Shown here: positions 30,187-40,620 of the stretch, piece by piece
How the letters are laid out: every line of letters begins with the position of its first letter
Position numbering within the stretch: position 1 is the stretch's first letter
Source: Alphaproteobacteria bacterium
GTDB lineage: Bacteria > Pseudomonadota > Alphaproteobacteria > MPNO01
DNA: 64,000 nt
Assembly: GCA_965248835.1 (NCBI GenBank)
Contig: CBDFLJ010000001.1
Location: 768,001-832,000, forward strand
Reading direction: 5' to 3'
The notes under the pieces: model-generated
What the model was told of the DNA's origin: nothing
Seen by the model: only the letters and a program-made list of their open reading frames with translations
Databases searched by the model: none
Made by a program: the position numbers and the translations under genes

Positions 30187-30684
30187 ATGACCGCGTCCGG
30201 GTCCGGCGTCTGGGCGCTGCCATCGCGGACCGCGACCGCGGGTCTCGCGGGAGTGCTGGCCGGGATTGCCCGAAATTGCGACGTCATCGGTCTGGCCGGG
30301 GCGCTGGGGACCGGCAAGACGACATTCGCGCGGGCCTTCATCAACGCACGCGCGGACCGGGCAGGGCTGCGGCCGGTCGAGGTGCCGAGCCCGACATTCA
30401 CGCTGGTCCAGTCCTATGAGATCGGCGGGGTCGAGATCCATCACTTCGACCTCTACCGGCTTGAGGCGGCGGATGACGCGCTGGAGCTCGGCATCGAGGA
30501 TGCCTGGGCCGACGGCATCGTGCTGATCGAATGGCCCGAGCGGTTGGGATCGCTGTTGCCCGGCCGCGCGCTCATCGTCACATTCGAGCTCGGCGCGGCG
30601 CCCCAAGCCCGGCAGGCGATGATCGAGGCGCCCGGCGACTGGCAACGGCGTATCGGAGACCGGCTTGAGCGCTGGCGCGCGTGA
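30187..30684 (+). CDS. tsaE: tRNA t6A biosynthesis ATPase TsaE
   Basis: GALGTGKTTFAR, VPSPTFTLVQ, HFDLYRL, LIEWPE. Confidence 0.94.
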   Translation: MTASGSGVWALPSRTATAGLAGVLAGIARNCDVIGLAGALGTGKTTFARAFINARADRAGLRPVEVPSPTFTLVQSYEIGGVEIHHFDLYRLEAADDALELGIEDAWADGIVLIEWPERLGSLLPGRALIVTFELGAAPQARQAMIEAPGDWQRRIGDRLERWRA

Positions 30685-31684
30685 TCCGGCAATCGGGGAC
30701 TTCATGGCATCTGCCGGCTGGGGCGGTGCAGCGCTTGTCCCGCTCGCCCAGGACGCCTCGTTCCGCCGCTATTGGCGGGCGGGCCGCGGGCGCGAGACCG
30801 CGGTGCTGATGGACGCCCCGCCGGACCGCGAGCGCACCGAGCCCTATCTCGCCATCGCCGGCCATCTGCGCGGCCTGGGCCTCAGCGCCCCGGCGGTGCT
30901 GGCGGCGGACACGGTTGCCGGTCTGCTGTTGCTCGAGGATCTCGGCGAGGACACCTTCACCCGCCTGCTGGCCCGCGGCGCCGACGAGCCCGCGCTCTAC
31001 CGGCTTGCAATCGATGTCCTGATCGCGCTGCACGCCAACCCGCCCGGCCGCGCGGTCCCCGCCGGGTTGCCGCGCTATGACGACGGCCTGCTCGCGGCGG
31101 AGGCCGATCTGCTGATCGACTGGTACGCGCCTTCCGTCCTCGGCAAGCCGATCGGCGCACACGCGCGCGCCGCCTACCGCGCGCGCTGGAAAGCGGCCTT
31201 CGAGACCGCGCGCGGGGTGCCCGAGACCCTGGTGCTGCGCGACTACCACGTCGACAACCTGATGAGGCTCGCCGGCCGCGAGGGGATCGCCGCCTGCGGC
31301 CTGCTCGATTTCCAGGACGCGGTCGCGGGGCCGGTGAGCTACGATTTCGTCTCGCTGGTCGAGGACGCGCGCCGCGACCTGGCGCCCAATCTGGCGGCCG
31401 AGATAAGGGCGCGGTACCTGGCCGCGTTTCCGGCCCTGGACGCCGCCGCCTTCGATGCCTCCTGCGCGGTGCTCGCGGCCCAGCGCCACTGCAAGGTGCT
31501 TGGGATCTTCACCCGGCTTTGCGTGCGCGACGGCAAGCCCGGCTATCTCGTCCACATCCCGCGGGTGTGGCGGCTGCTGGAAGCCTCGCTCGCCCATCCG
31601 CGCCTTGCGCCGATCCGCGATTGGCTGGGCCGGAACTTGCCGCCGCCGGCGCGTATCATCCCGCGGCGGGAGAGCGCCGCATGA
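30665..31684 (+). CDS. amgK: MurNAc/GlcNAc anomeric kinase (APH family), AmgK-like
   Basis: DASFRRY, MDAPP, LEDLG, RDYHVDNL, LDFQDA; adjacent to murU. Confidence 0.85.
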   Translation: MSAGARDPAIGDFMASAGWGGAALVPLAQDASFRRYWRAGRGRETAVLMDAPPDRERTEPYLAIAGHLRGLGLSAPAVLAADTVAGLLLLEDLGEDTFTRLLARGADEPALYRLAIDVLIALHANPPGRAVPAGLPRYDDGLLAAEADLLIDWYAPSVLGKPIGAHARAAYRARWKAAFETARGVPETLVLRDYHVDNLMRLAGREGIAACGLLDFQDAVAGPVSYDFVSLVEDARRDLAPNLAAEIRARYLAAFPALDAAAFDASCAVLAAQRHCKVLGIFTRLCVRDGKPGYLVHIPRVWRLLEASLAHPRLAPIRDWLGRNLPPPARIIPRRESAA

Positions 31685-32415
31685 GGCCCCGATGCGCGAT
31701 GGTACTCGCCGCCGGGCTCGGGCTGCGCATGCGGCCCCTGACCGAGACCGTGCCCAAGCCGCTGATCATGGCTGGAGGCCGGTCGATGCTCGATCGGGTG
31801 CTCGACCATCTCGAAGCCTTCGGGATCGAGGCCGTGGTGGTCAACAGCCATTATCTCGGCGATCGGATCGCCGCCCATTTGAGCGCCCGGGCGAAGCCAC
31901 GGACAACGTTGTCCGCCGAGGAGACGTTGCTGGAGACCGGCGGCGGGGTGGCCAAGGCGCTGCCCCTTCTGGGCGATGAGCCTTTCTTCGTGATCAACGC
32001 CGACATCGCCTGGCTCGACGGACCGGTGCCGGCGCTCGACCGGCTGGCGGACGCCTGGCGTGAGGATTCGATGGACGCGCTGCTGCTGATGAGCCGCGCG
32101 GTGATCGCGCACGGCTATGAGGGCTGCGGCGACCATTTCATGGACGCGCGCGGCGTCTTGCGGCGGCGCGATGACCGCGACGTCTCGCCTTACGTTTTCG
32201 CCGGCGTCCAGCTCCTCCACCCGCGGCTTTTCGCCGGCGCGCCGCAAGGCGCGTTCTCGCTCAACCGGCTCTACGACAAGGCCGAGACCGCCCGGCGGCT
32301 GTTCGGGATCGTCCATGACGGGGAATGGTTCCACCTCGGCACGCCCGGCGCCCTCAAGCTCGCCGACGACCGGCTGCTCGGGCGGCCCGGCGCGCACGAC
32401 TTTCATGTCGGATAG
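31681..32415 (+). CDS. murU: MurNAc-alpha-1-phosphate uridylyltransferase-like nucleotidyltransferase
   Basis: AMVLAAGLGLRMRPLT..PKPL, LETGGG, WFHLGTP. Confidence 0.87.
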   Translation: MRPRCAMVLAAGLGLRMRPLTETVPKPLIMAGGRSMLDRVLDHLEAFGIEAVVVNSHYLGDRIAAHLSARAKPRTTLSAEETLLETGGGVAKALPLLGDEPFFVINADIAWLDGPVPALDRLADAWREDSMDALLLMSRAVIAHGYEGCGDHFMDARGVLRRRDDRDVSPYVFAGVQLLHPRLFAGAPQGAFSLNRLYDKAETARRLFGIVHDGEWFHLGTPGALKLADDRLLGRPGAHDFHVG

Positions 32416-35359
32416 CCCGGCGGCCGCGCCGCCGGGTGTGTTCACGATCCCGGCAGGGGTTCGCTTCGTCGATGCACTGGCGCGCGGCCTGCTTGAGGCG
32501 AACGCCGGCGCGCCGGCCGCACTTGCCGCGATCACCGTATTGCTGCCCAACCGGCGGTCCTGCCGCGCGCTGATCGATGCCTTCGCCGGCCAAAGCCGGG
32601 CCGGCGCGCTGCTGCTGCCGAGGATTGCCCCGATCGGAGAGGTCGACGCCGAGGAGGCGGTCTCGGCCGACGATCTGGACAACGCCGCGGACCTTGGACT
32701 CCCGCCGGCAATCCCGGCGTTGCGGCGACAGCTCCTGCTGACCCGGCTCATCCTCGCCACGCCGGGCGTGACCGGAGTGTCGGACCCGGCCCAGGCCGCG
32801 CGTCTGGCGCGCGAGCTCGCCGGGTTGCTCGACCAGGTCCACACCCAGCGGATTGGTTTCGAGCGCCTGGAAGAGCTGGCGCCGGCCGAGCTCGCCGCGC
32901 ACTGGCAGATCACGCTCGGGTTCCTGCGGCTCTTGAGCGAGCACTGGCCGGCGATCCTGGACGCCGAGGGCGCGCTGGATCCGGCGATGCGGCGCAACCG
33001 GATCCTCGAGCGGCGGATCGAGGCCTGGCGCGCGCGGCCGCCGGCCGGGCCGGTCATCATCGCCGGCTCCACCGGCAGCATCCCCGCGGTGCGCGACCTG
33101 ATGGAATTCGTCCACGCCGCGGGCCTGGGTGCGATCGTCCTGCCCGGGCTCGACCGGACGCTCGCCGAGCCGGTGCTGTCCGCGCTCGGCCCGACCCACC
33201 CGCAACACGGGCTCGTCCAGCTTCTCGCCGGCCTGGGCCTCAGCCCGGGCGATGTCGCAGTTTGGCCTGGCGCCGAGCCCGCGCCGGAAACCGCGCTGCG
33301 CGGCCGACTGATCGCGACCGCGATGCGGCCCGCAGCGGTCCCGCCGGATCCGATCGATCGGGCGAGCCTGGACCGCGCGGTCTCCGCGGTGACGCGGATC
33401 GATTGCGCCGGCCAGCGGGAGGAGGCCGTCACGGTCGCGCTCCTTCTGCGGGAGGCGCTGGAGACCGAAGGCAAGACGGCCGCGCTGGTGACGCCCGATC
33501 GCGGCCTCGCGCGCCGGGTCGCGGCCGAGCTGCGCCGCTGGGACATCGAGATCGACGATTCGGGCGGCCGGCGGCTCGACCTGACGCCGCCCGGCGCGTT
33601 CCTGCGGCTGACCGCGCGGCTCGTCGCCGATCGCTGGGCGCCGGTGCCGCTGCTCGCCGCGCTCAAGCACCCGATGGCGGCCGGCGGGCGCGACCGGGGC
33701 GCCTTTCTCGGCCGGGTGCGCGCGCTCGAGCGCCGGGTGCTGCGCGGCCCGCGGCCCGAGCCGGGGCCCGACGGCCTGATCCGGACCTTGGAGGAAACCG
33801 GGGCTCCGGCCGATCTGGTGCGATGGCTCCAGGGCGTGTGCACGGCGCTGACGCCGCTCGAAGGCGATCGCGCCGCGCCGGTGGCGGCGTTGGCCGCGGC
33901 CCATGTCGCCTGTGTCGAGGCGCTGGCCGCCACGGCCGAAACCAGCGGTGCGGAGAGGATGTGGGCCGGCAATGCCGGCGAGGCGGCAGCCGGGTTCCTG
34001 TCCGAACTCGTCGAGGCCGGCCGCGACTTCGGCAAGGTCTCGGTGCAGGACTGGTCCGACCTCCTGGAGGCGTTGATGCGCCCGTTGGTGGTCCGCCCGC
34101 GCCATGGCGGACATGATCGGATCGGCATCTGGGGCGTGCTCGAAGCGCGGCTTATCGGCGCCGACCGGCTGATCCTCGGCGGGCTCAACGACGGCACATG
34201 GCCGGCCGAACCGGCGCCGGACCCGTGGATGAGCCGGCCGATGCGCGCGGCCTTCGGGCTGCCGCCCAACGAGCGGCGAATCGGCCTTGCCGCCCACGAT
34301 TTCGCCCAGGCCTTCGCTGCGCCGGAGCTGTTTCTTACCCGAGCGACGCGCCTGGCCGGGACGCCGACGGTGCCCTCGCGCTGGCTGCTGCGGCTGGAGA
34401 ACGCGGTCCTCGGACACGCGCTCGACCTGCGTCGGGGCGCGGCGCGGCCATTGGCATGGCAGGGCGCGCTCGACCGGCCGGCGAAGAGTGCCCTGCCTCG
34501 CGCTCCCGCGCCGACGCCGCCGCTCGCTGCACGCCCGCGGCGGCTTTCGGTGACCCAGGTCGAGACCCTGATCCGCGATCCGTACGCGGTCTATGCCCGC
34601 CATGTGCTCGGTCTGAGAGCGCTGGAGGAGATCGACGCCGACCCCGGAGCGGCCGAGCAGGGCACGTTCGTCCACCATGCCCTGGATGCGTTCCTGCGCA
34701 ACTTTCCCGCCGCGCTCCCGACGGATGCGCGCGCCCGGCTGCTCGACATGGGCCGGGCCGCGCTCGGCCCGCTGTCCACCCGTCCGGGCGTGCGCGCCTT
34801 CTGGTGGCCGCGCTTCGAGCGGGTGGCCGACTGGTTCCTGGCGCACGAGCGCGCGCGCCGTGCCGGGATCGCCCTGACCTGGACCGAGATCGTCGGCGAG
34901 ATGGCGATCCAGGCGCCGGCCGGCCCGTTCACCCTGACCGCGACGGCCGACCGGATCGATCTGACGACCGATGGACGGGTCGCGATCATCGACTACAAGA
35001 CAGGCACCCTGCCGACCAAAAGCGACATCGAAGCGGGCGTTGCGCCGCAATTGCCGCTGGAGGCGGCGATCCTCGAGACCGGCGGGTTCGAGACCGTCGC
35101 GGCGGCGCCGGTCTCGGAGCTCGCCTATTGGCGCCTCAGCGGCGGCAACCCGCCGGGCGAGACGGTCGCCATCGCCGATGCGGATTCCACCCTGATCGCA
35201 CGGACACGCACCGGGTTGGAGCGTCTGATCGCGGCCTATGACGACCCCGATACGCCCTATGAGCCGCAGCCCGATCCCCGGCTCGCGCCGCGCTATAGCG
35301 ACTACCGCCATCTGGAGCGATTGGACGAGTACGCCAAAGCGCGGGAGCCGGACCCGTGA
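32405..35359 (+). CDS. addB: double-strand break repair protein AddB
   Basis: LLPNRR, AGSTGSIP, RLSVTQVE..IRDPY, ADRID, IIDYKTG. Confidence 0.94.
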   Translation: MSDSPAAAPPGVFTIPAGVRFVDALARGLLEANAGAPAALAAITVLLPNRRSCRALIDAFAGQSRAGALLLPRIAPIGEVDAEEAVSADDLDNAADLGLPPAIPALRRQLLLTRLILATPGVTGVSDPAQAARLARELAGLLDQVHTQRIGFERLEELAPAELAAHWQITLGFLRLLSEHWPAILDAEGALDPAMRRNRILERRIEAWRARPPAGPVIIAGSTGSIPAVRDLMEFVHAAGLGAIVLPGLDRTLAEPVLSALGPTHPQHGLVQLLAGLGLSPGDVAVWPGAEPAPETALRGRLIATAMRPAAVPPDPIDRASLDRAVSAVTRIDCAGQREEAVTVALLLREALETEGKTAALVTPDRGLARRVAAELRRWDIEIDDSGGRRLDLTPPGAFLRLTARLVADRWAPVPLLAALKHPMAAGGRDRGAFLGRVRALERRVLRGPRPEPGPDGLIRTLEETGAPADLVRWLQGVCTALTPLEGDRAAPVAALAAAHVACVEALAATAETSGAERMWAGNAGEAAAGFLSELVEAGRDFGKVSVQDWSDLLEALMRPLVVRPRHGGHDRIGIWGVLEARLIGADRLILGGLNDGTWPAEPAPDPWMSRPMRAAFGLPPNERRIGLAAHDFAQAFAAPELFLTRATRLAGTPTVPSRWLLRLENAVLGHALDLRRGAARPLAWQGALDRPAKSALPRAPAPTPPLAARPRRLSVTQVETLIRDPYAVYARHVLGLRALEEIDADPGAAEQGTFVHHALDAFLRNFPAALPTDARARLLDMGRAALGPLSTRPGVRAFWWPRFERVADWFLAHERARRAGIALTWTEIVGEMAIQAPAGPFTLTATADRIDLTTDGRVAIIDYKTGTLPTKSDIEAGVAPQLPLEAAILETGGFETVAAAPVSELAYWRLSGGNPPGETVAIADADSTLIARTRTGLERLIAAYDDPDTPYEPQPDPRLAPRYSDYRHLERLDEYAKAREPDP

Positions 35360-38300
35360 CCGGCGCCGGCGGTCAGACCGTCGCTTCGCGGCCCGGCCTG
35401 TCGGCCTGGGTCGACGCATCGGCCGGGACCGGCAAGACCAAGGTGCTGGTGGATCGAGTGCTGCGGCTGCTGGTCGCGGGCACCGCGCCCGAGCGCATCC
35501 TGTGCCTGACCTTCACCCGCGCGGCCGCGGCCGAGATGGCCAACCGGATCCACCAGACGCTGGGCGACTGGGCGCGTGAGGACGCGGCGGCGCTGACCGT
35601 CAGGCTGGCCGGGCTTTTGGAGGCCGCACCGGACGAGGCAGCGCTCGACCGGGCGCGGGCGTTGTTCCTTGAGGTTCTCGACAGCCCCGGCGGGATCAGA
35701 ATCCAGACCATCCATTCGTTCTGCGAAAGCGTGCTCGGCCGGTTCCCGCTCGAGGCGCGAATCGCCCCGCATTTCGAGGTGATGGACGAGCGCACCGCCG
35801 AGGAGACGCTGCGCGCCGCGCGCAACCGAGTGATCGGCACGGCCGCGGCGGGGCTCGACGAGGCCCTGGCGTTGGTTTCGGTGCGCCTGCGCGAGGACCG
35901 GTTCGACCGGCTGATGGCGCAGCTCAGCGCCGACCGCGGCCGAGTGCTGGCGATGGCGCCGCCGGCCGAAGGCGCCATCTACCGCCATCTCGGCCTGCCC
36001 ATCGGACAAACCGAGCAGGACGTGATCGCCGGGGCAGCCGAGGATGCGGCCTTCGACGGCGAAGGGTTGGACCGCGCGGCGGCGGCGTTGGCCCGCGGCA
36101 GCAAAACCGACTGCGGCCGCGCGGACGCTATCGAGGCATGGATCGGCGACCCCGACGGCCGGATCGCCGGGTTCGATTCCTACGCGGCGGCATTCCTGAC
36201 CAACGAAAACGAGATCCGCGCCAGGCTTGTCACCAACAAGGTCGCCGCCGCCGCGCCGGAGATTGCGGAAATCCTGCGCATCGAGGCCGAGCGTATCCTT
36301 TCGGTGCGCGAGGTCTGCCTCGCCGCGGCGATCGCGGAATCCTCCTCGGCGCTGGCGCGGCTGGCCGTCGCCCTGATTGACGCCTACGATTCGGAGAAGC
36401 GCGCCCGCGCCCGTCTCGACTACGAGGATCTGATCCTCCATGTCCGGCGCCTGCTGCGGGGCGAGGCTGCGGCGGCCTGGGTGCTCTACAAGCTCGATGG
36501 CGGCGTCGACCATGTGCTGATCGACGAGGCCCAGGACACCAGCCCCGACCAATGGTCGGTGATCCGCGCCCTGACCGAGGATTTCTTCGCCGGCGAGGGC
36601 GCCCGCGAGGCCGGCCGGACCGTCTTTGCGGTCGGCGATCCCAAGCAGTCGATTTTCAGCTTCCAAGGCGCGGACCCGGCCTCCTTTGCCGCCATGCGGG
36701 ACCATTTCCGCGATCGGGTCGAGGCCGGCGGGGCAGGCTGGGAATCGGTCGCTCTCGCGGTCTCTTTCCGATCGACCGCACCGGTCTTGCGGGCGGTCGA
36801 CGCGGTTTTCGCCGATCTTGATACCCGGCGCGGGCTGGGCGGGCTGCCGATCCGCCACGCGATCCACCGTATCGGCCAGGCCGGCGAAGTTGTCCTGTGG
36901 CCGCCCGCCGCGCCGATCGATCACGGATCGGCGGATCCCTTCGACCCCGACGCGCGGCGCGCCGCCCACGAGCCGTCGTCCTGGCGGCTCGCCGAGGCGA
37001 TGGCCGAGACCATCGCCGGCTGGATCGCATCCCGCGAGCCGCTGCCCAGCCGCGGCCGGCCGGTCCGCGCCGGAGACATCATGGTCCTGGTGCGCCGGCG
37101 GACGGCGTTTTTCGAGCAGCTCGTGCGCGCGCTCAAGGCGCGCCAAGTCGGCGTCGCCGGCATCGACCGACTGGTCCTGAGCCGCCAGCTCGCCGTCATG
37201 GACCTGCTGGCGCTGGGCGAGGCAGCGCTGTTGCCGAACGACGATCTGACGATGGCAGCCGTCCTCAAAGGCCCGCTGTTCGGCTTCGGCGAAGAGGCGC
37301 TGTTCGCGCTCGCCCACGGGCGCGAGAACAAGAGCCTGTTCGCGCGCCTGGCGGAGCTCGGAGCCGGCAATCCCGACTTCGCCGATGCGCATGCACGGCT
37401 GGGCGCGATGCTGGCAGCGGCCGATTACGTCCCGCCGTTCGAGTTCTACACCCAGATCCTGTCCGCGATGGACGGCCGCGGACGCATCCTTGCCCGTCTC
37501 GGCCCCGATGCCGAGGACCCGATCGACGAATTCCTCAACCTCGCGCTCGACTACGAGCGCGAGCATCCGCCGTCCCTGCAAGGCTTCGTAAGCTGGTTCC
37601 GCGCCGCCGCGACCGAGGTCAAGCGCGACCTCGAGCAGGCCGGACGGGACGAGGTCCGCATCATGACCGTCCACGGCGCCAAGGGGCTCGAGGCGCCGAT
37701 CGTGATCCTCGCGGACACCATGCAGACCCCGGCAGAAATCTCCCGCCTGCTGTGGCCGGACGACGACCGAGGTCTTCCCGTCCTGCTGTGGCGGCCGCCG
37801 CGCCGTGACGAGGACCCGCGGACCGCAGCGCTCAGGGCGGAAGCCGAACGGCGCCGCGACGAGGAGCATCGCCGGCTGCTCTACGTCGCGATGACCCGCG
37901 CCCAGGACCGCCTTCATATCTGCGGCTACACGACCGCGCGGGAGCCGTCGGAGACCTGCTGGTACCGCATCATCGAGCGCGCGCTGGAACCGCTGGCCGA
38001 GCCGTTCGCGATGACGCTCGCCGCGCCGGAGATCGAGCGCTGGTCGGGTCGGGCGTTGCGTCTGACATGCCCGCAAGAAGCGGCGCCCGACCGCACGGAT
38101 CCGGTTGCCGCCGCGCCGGAGGCGGCGCACAAGCTGCCCGACTGGGCGAGCCGGCCGGCAGCACCCGAGGCGCCGGCGTCGAGGCCGGCCGCGCCGTCGC
38201 ACCTCGACGAGGATGCGACCACCGTGCGCTCGCCGCTGGGGGCGGATGGCGGGGCGGGGCTGCGCCGCGGCCGCGTGGTCCACGACCTGCTGCGGGCCTT

Positions 38301-38748
38301 GCCCGACATCGAAGCGGCGGCGCGTGCTGCGGTGTTGGCCGCGCACCTCGCGCGCCCGGTGCTGGCGCTTGCCCCGGCCCAACGCGAGGGGCTGGCGCGC
38401 GAGGTGCTCGGGGTCCTCGCCGCGCCCAAGATCGCGCCCCTGTTCGGACCCGGCTCGCTGGCCGAGGTGCCGATCGCCGGACGGATCGGAAACCGGCTTT
38501 TCTCCGGCCGGATCGACCGGCTGCTGATCGGCGAGACGGGAATCGACCTGGTTGATTTCAAGAGCGACCGGGAGCCGCCGGCGCGCGCCGAAGAGGTGGC
38601 CGCTTCCCATCTCCGCCAGCTCGCCGCCTACCGCGCTTTGCTGCAAAAGATCTACCCCGACCGGCCGATCCGGTGTGCGCTGATCTGGACGGTGGGGCCG
38701 CGCGTCATGGCCATCCCGGCGGCGCTGCTGGACGGCCACGCGCCTTGA
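35356..38748 (+). CDS. addA: double-strand break repair helicase/nuclease AddA
   Basis: ASAGTGKT, LTFT, IDEAQDT, VGDPKQSI, TVHGAKGLE, LYVAMTRA, GRIDRL..DFKS. Confidence 0.95.
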   Translation: MTGAGGQTVASRPGLSAWVDASAGTGKTKVLVDRVLRLLVAGTAPERILCLTFTRAAAAEMANRIHQTLGDWAREDAAALTVRLAGLLEAAPDEAALDRARALFLEVLDSPGGIRIQTIHSFCESVLGRFPLEARIAPHFEVMDERTAEETLRAARNRVIGTAAAGLDEALALVSVRLREDRFDRLMAQLSADRGRVLAMAPPAEGAIYRHLGLPIGQTEQDVIAGAAEDAAFDGEGLDRAAAALARGSKTDCGRADAIEAWIGDPDGRIAGFDSYAAAFLTNENEIRARLVTNKVAAAAPEIAEILRIEAERILSVREVCLAAAIAESSSALARLAVALIDAYDSEKRARARLDYEDLILHVRRLLRGEAAAAWVLYKLDGGVDHVLIDEAQDTSPDQWSVIRALTEDFFAGEGAREAGRTVFAVGDPKQSIFSFQGADPASFAAMRDHFRDRVEAGGAGWESVALAVSFRSTAPVLRAVDAVFADLDTRRGLGGLPIRHAIHRIGQAGEVVLWPPAAPIDHGSADPFDPDARRAAHEPSSWRLAEAMAETIAGWIASREPLPSRGRPVRAGDIMVLVRRRTAFFEQLVRALKARQVGVAGIDRLVLSRQLAVMDLLALGEAALLPNDDLTMAAVLKGPLFGFGEEALFALAHGRENKSLFARLAELGAGNPDFADAHARLGAMLAAADYVPPFEFYTQILSAMDGRGRILARLGPDAEDPIDEFLNLALDYEREHPPSLQGFVSWFRAAATEVKRDLEQAGRDEVRIMTVHGAKGLEAPIVILADTMQTPAEISRLLWPDDDRGLPVLLWRPPRRDEDPRTAALRAEAERRRDEEHRRLLYVAMTRAQDRLHICGYTTAREPSETCWYRIIERALEPLAEPFAMTLAAPEIERWSGRALRLTCPQEAAPDRTDPVAAAPEAAHKLPDWASRPAAPEAPASRPAAPSHLDEDATTVRSPLGADGGAGLRRGRVVHDLLRALPDIEAAARAAVLAAHLARPVLALAPAQREGLAREVLGVLAAPKIAPLFGPGSLAEVPIAGRIGNRLFSGRIDRLLIGETGIDLVDFKSDREPPARAEEVAASHLRQLAAYRALLQKIYPDRPIRCALIWTVGPRVMAIPAALLDGHAP

Positions 38749-38811
38749 CCGGGCCGGGGCCCGGCCCTAGATTCCGCGCTTGGCGCAATCCAGTGCCGAC
38801 GAGGGCAGCTC

Positions 38812-39132
38812 ATGGCGACCAAACCGATTTCCGATGATTCCTTCGACACCGATGTCCTGAAGGCCGGTCGTCCCGTCGTCGTCGATTTCTGGGCGGAGTG
38901 GTGCGGGCCGTGCAAGCAGATCGGGCCGTTCCTCGAGGAAATCGCGACCGAGATGGCAGACACGCTCACGGTCGCCAAGCTCAACATCGACGACAACCCG
39001 ATGACCCCGACCAAGTTCGGCGTGCGCGGCATCCCGACGCTGATGCTGTTCAAGGATGGCGAGGTCGCCGCGACCAAGGTCGGCGCGCTGCCCAAGTCCA
39101 AGCTGGTCGAATGGATCGAATCCGCCCTGTGA
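38812..39132 (+). CDS. trxA: thioredoxin
   Basis: [16 protein letters not shown]. Confidence 0.96.
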   Translation: MATKPISDDSFDTDVLKAGRPVVVDFWAEWCGPCKQIGPFLEEIATEMADTLTVAKLNIDDNPMTPTKFGVRGIPTLMLFKDGEVAATKVGALPKSKLVEWIESAL

Positions 39133-39171
39133 CCGCCCCCTGCCCGGACCGGGCAGACGCGGGCGCCCCGC

Positions 39172-39357
39172 TTACCTGTGGCCGCCGCCCGCGTCCGGCT
39201 TGAGCAGGAACAGCCGGTCGCAATAGGGGCACTCGACCCGTCCATCGTTGGCCAGGCTCAGATAGACCCGTGGATGGCCCAGCACGCCGCCGCCGTCGCA
39301 GTGAACGTCCAGGTCTTCGACCTCTATGACTTCGGGCGGGTCGATCGGATGTGCCAT
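39172..39357 (-). CDS. zf-CHCC zinc-finger protein
   Basis: CDGGGVLGHPRVYL..CPYC. Confidence 0.88.
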   Translation of the reverse strand: MAHPIDPPEVIEVEDLDVHCDGGGVLGHPRVYLSLANDGRVECPYCDRLFLLKPDAGGGHR

Positions 39358-39410
39358 CTCGCGCGCGGTCGGGGTGTGGTTGCCGGGGTGCGGCTCGCAA
39401 AGAGCGCCGG

Positions 39411-40424
39411 ATGATACAAGATAGCGGGCGCGGATCAAGCGCGGCCGCCGCTCTTTCCCTGTTGCTGGTCGCTTCGTGCGCGCCGCGGATCGAGCCCGCA
39501 GGGCCGGCCGTCACCGCGCCGCGGCTGGAGCCCGGCCGGATCGTGGCCGCCGATGGCGCGGTGCTGCCGCTCCGGCGCTGGATGCCCGCGAAGCCGCCGC
39601 GTGCGGCGATCGTCGCATTGCACGGCTTCAACGACTATTCCAAGGCCTTCGAGAGCCCGGCGGGCCAGTTCGCCGCGAACGGGATGGCGGTCTATGCCTA
39701 CGACCAGCGCGGCTTCGGCGCGGCGCCAAACCGGCGGCTGTGGCCTGGCGTTGCCACCCTGGTCGCGGATGCGCGCAGCGCGCTGGCCCTGGTCCGGCGC
39801 GCCCATCCCGGTATCCCGGTGCACCTCCTGGGGCACAGCATGGGCGGCGCTGTCGCGCTGCTTGCCACCACCCGTGCTGACGGGCCGGACGCGGACGGTG
39901 CGATCCTGGTCGGCCCGGCGGTCCGCGGGCGCCGGCATCTGGGCGCGATCCCGCGCGCCGCGCTGTGGTTCTTCGCTCGAGTCGTGCCGTGGTTTCCGCT
40001 GACCGGAGAGGGTTTGCGTATCCAGCCGTCGGACAATGTCGAGATGCTGCGCGCTCTGCGCCGCGACCCGCTGGTCATCAAGAACACCAGGCTCGATGCC
40101 GTCCATGGGCTGGTCAATCTGATGGATGCGGCGCTGGAAGCCGGCCGCGGGGTGCGCGTGCCGACTTTGATCCTCATCGGCGTCAAGGACGAGCTGGTCC
40201 CGCGGCGTCCGATCCGCGCGCTACTGGCCAGCCTGCCCGAGGACGGCCCGGGCCGCGCGGCGGTCTACCCCAGCGGCTATCACATGCTGCTGCGCGACCT
40301 CGATGCCGCCCGCGTGGTCACCGACATCCTGGCCTGGATCGACGATCCGGGCGCTCCGCTGCCTTCGGGCGCCGACCGCGCGGCCGAGCGGTTCCGGGCT
40401 GCGGCACCGAAGTCCGCTCCATGA
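39411..40424 (+). CDS. lysophospholipase-like alpha/beta hydrolase, probable lipoprotein
   Basis: LLVASC lipobox, LHGFNDYS, YDQRGFG, GHSMGG, YHMLLRD. Confidence 0.9.
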   Translation: MIQDSGRGSSAAAALSLLLVASCAPRIEPAGPAVTAPRLEPGRIVAADGAVLPLRRWMPAKPPRAAIVALHGFNDYSKAFESPAGQFAANGMAVYAYDQRGFGAAPNRRLWPGVATLVADARSALALVRRAHPGIPVHLLGHSMGGAVALLATTRADGPDADGAILVGPAVRGRRHLGAIPRAALWFFARVVPWFPLTGEGLRIQPSDNVEMLRALRRDPLVIKNTRLDAVHGLVNLMDAALEAGRGVRVPTLILIGVKDELVPRRPIRALLASLPEDGPGRAAVYPSGYHMLLRDLDAARVVTDILAWIDDPGAPLPSGADRAAERFRAAAPKSAP

Positions 40425-40482
40425 GCCCGGCGCTTCCGCCAAATTGCGCCGCCCGCACCCATTGCGTATTCTCCGCCGCGCC

Positions 40483-40558
40483 GCGCCCGTAGCTCAGTGG
40501 ATAGAGCACTGGCCTCCGAAGCCAGGGGTCGCAGGTTCAAATCCTGCCGGGCGCGCCA
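40483..40558 (+). tRNA. tRNA-Arg(CCG)
   Basis: GCGCCCG/CGGGCGC acceptor stem, AGCTCAGTGGATAGAGC D-arm, CTGGC-CTCCGAA-GCCAG anticodon arm, GGTTCAAATCC, encoded CCA. Confidence 0.97.
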
Positions 40559-40567
40559 CCGCTCACG

Positions 40568-40612
40568 TGTCCGACCAGGGGACATAGGTAACGGAACGGC
40601 TCTAAGACGTGG
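40568..40612. mobile_element. possible IS481-like terminal remnant just after the tRNA
   Basis: GGACATAGGTAAC..TAAGACGTGG resembles the repeated GACAT.GGT.AC end motif I associate with IS481-family ends; no transposase follows. Confidence 0.25.
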
Positions 40613-40620
40613 CCGTCGCC

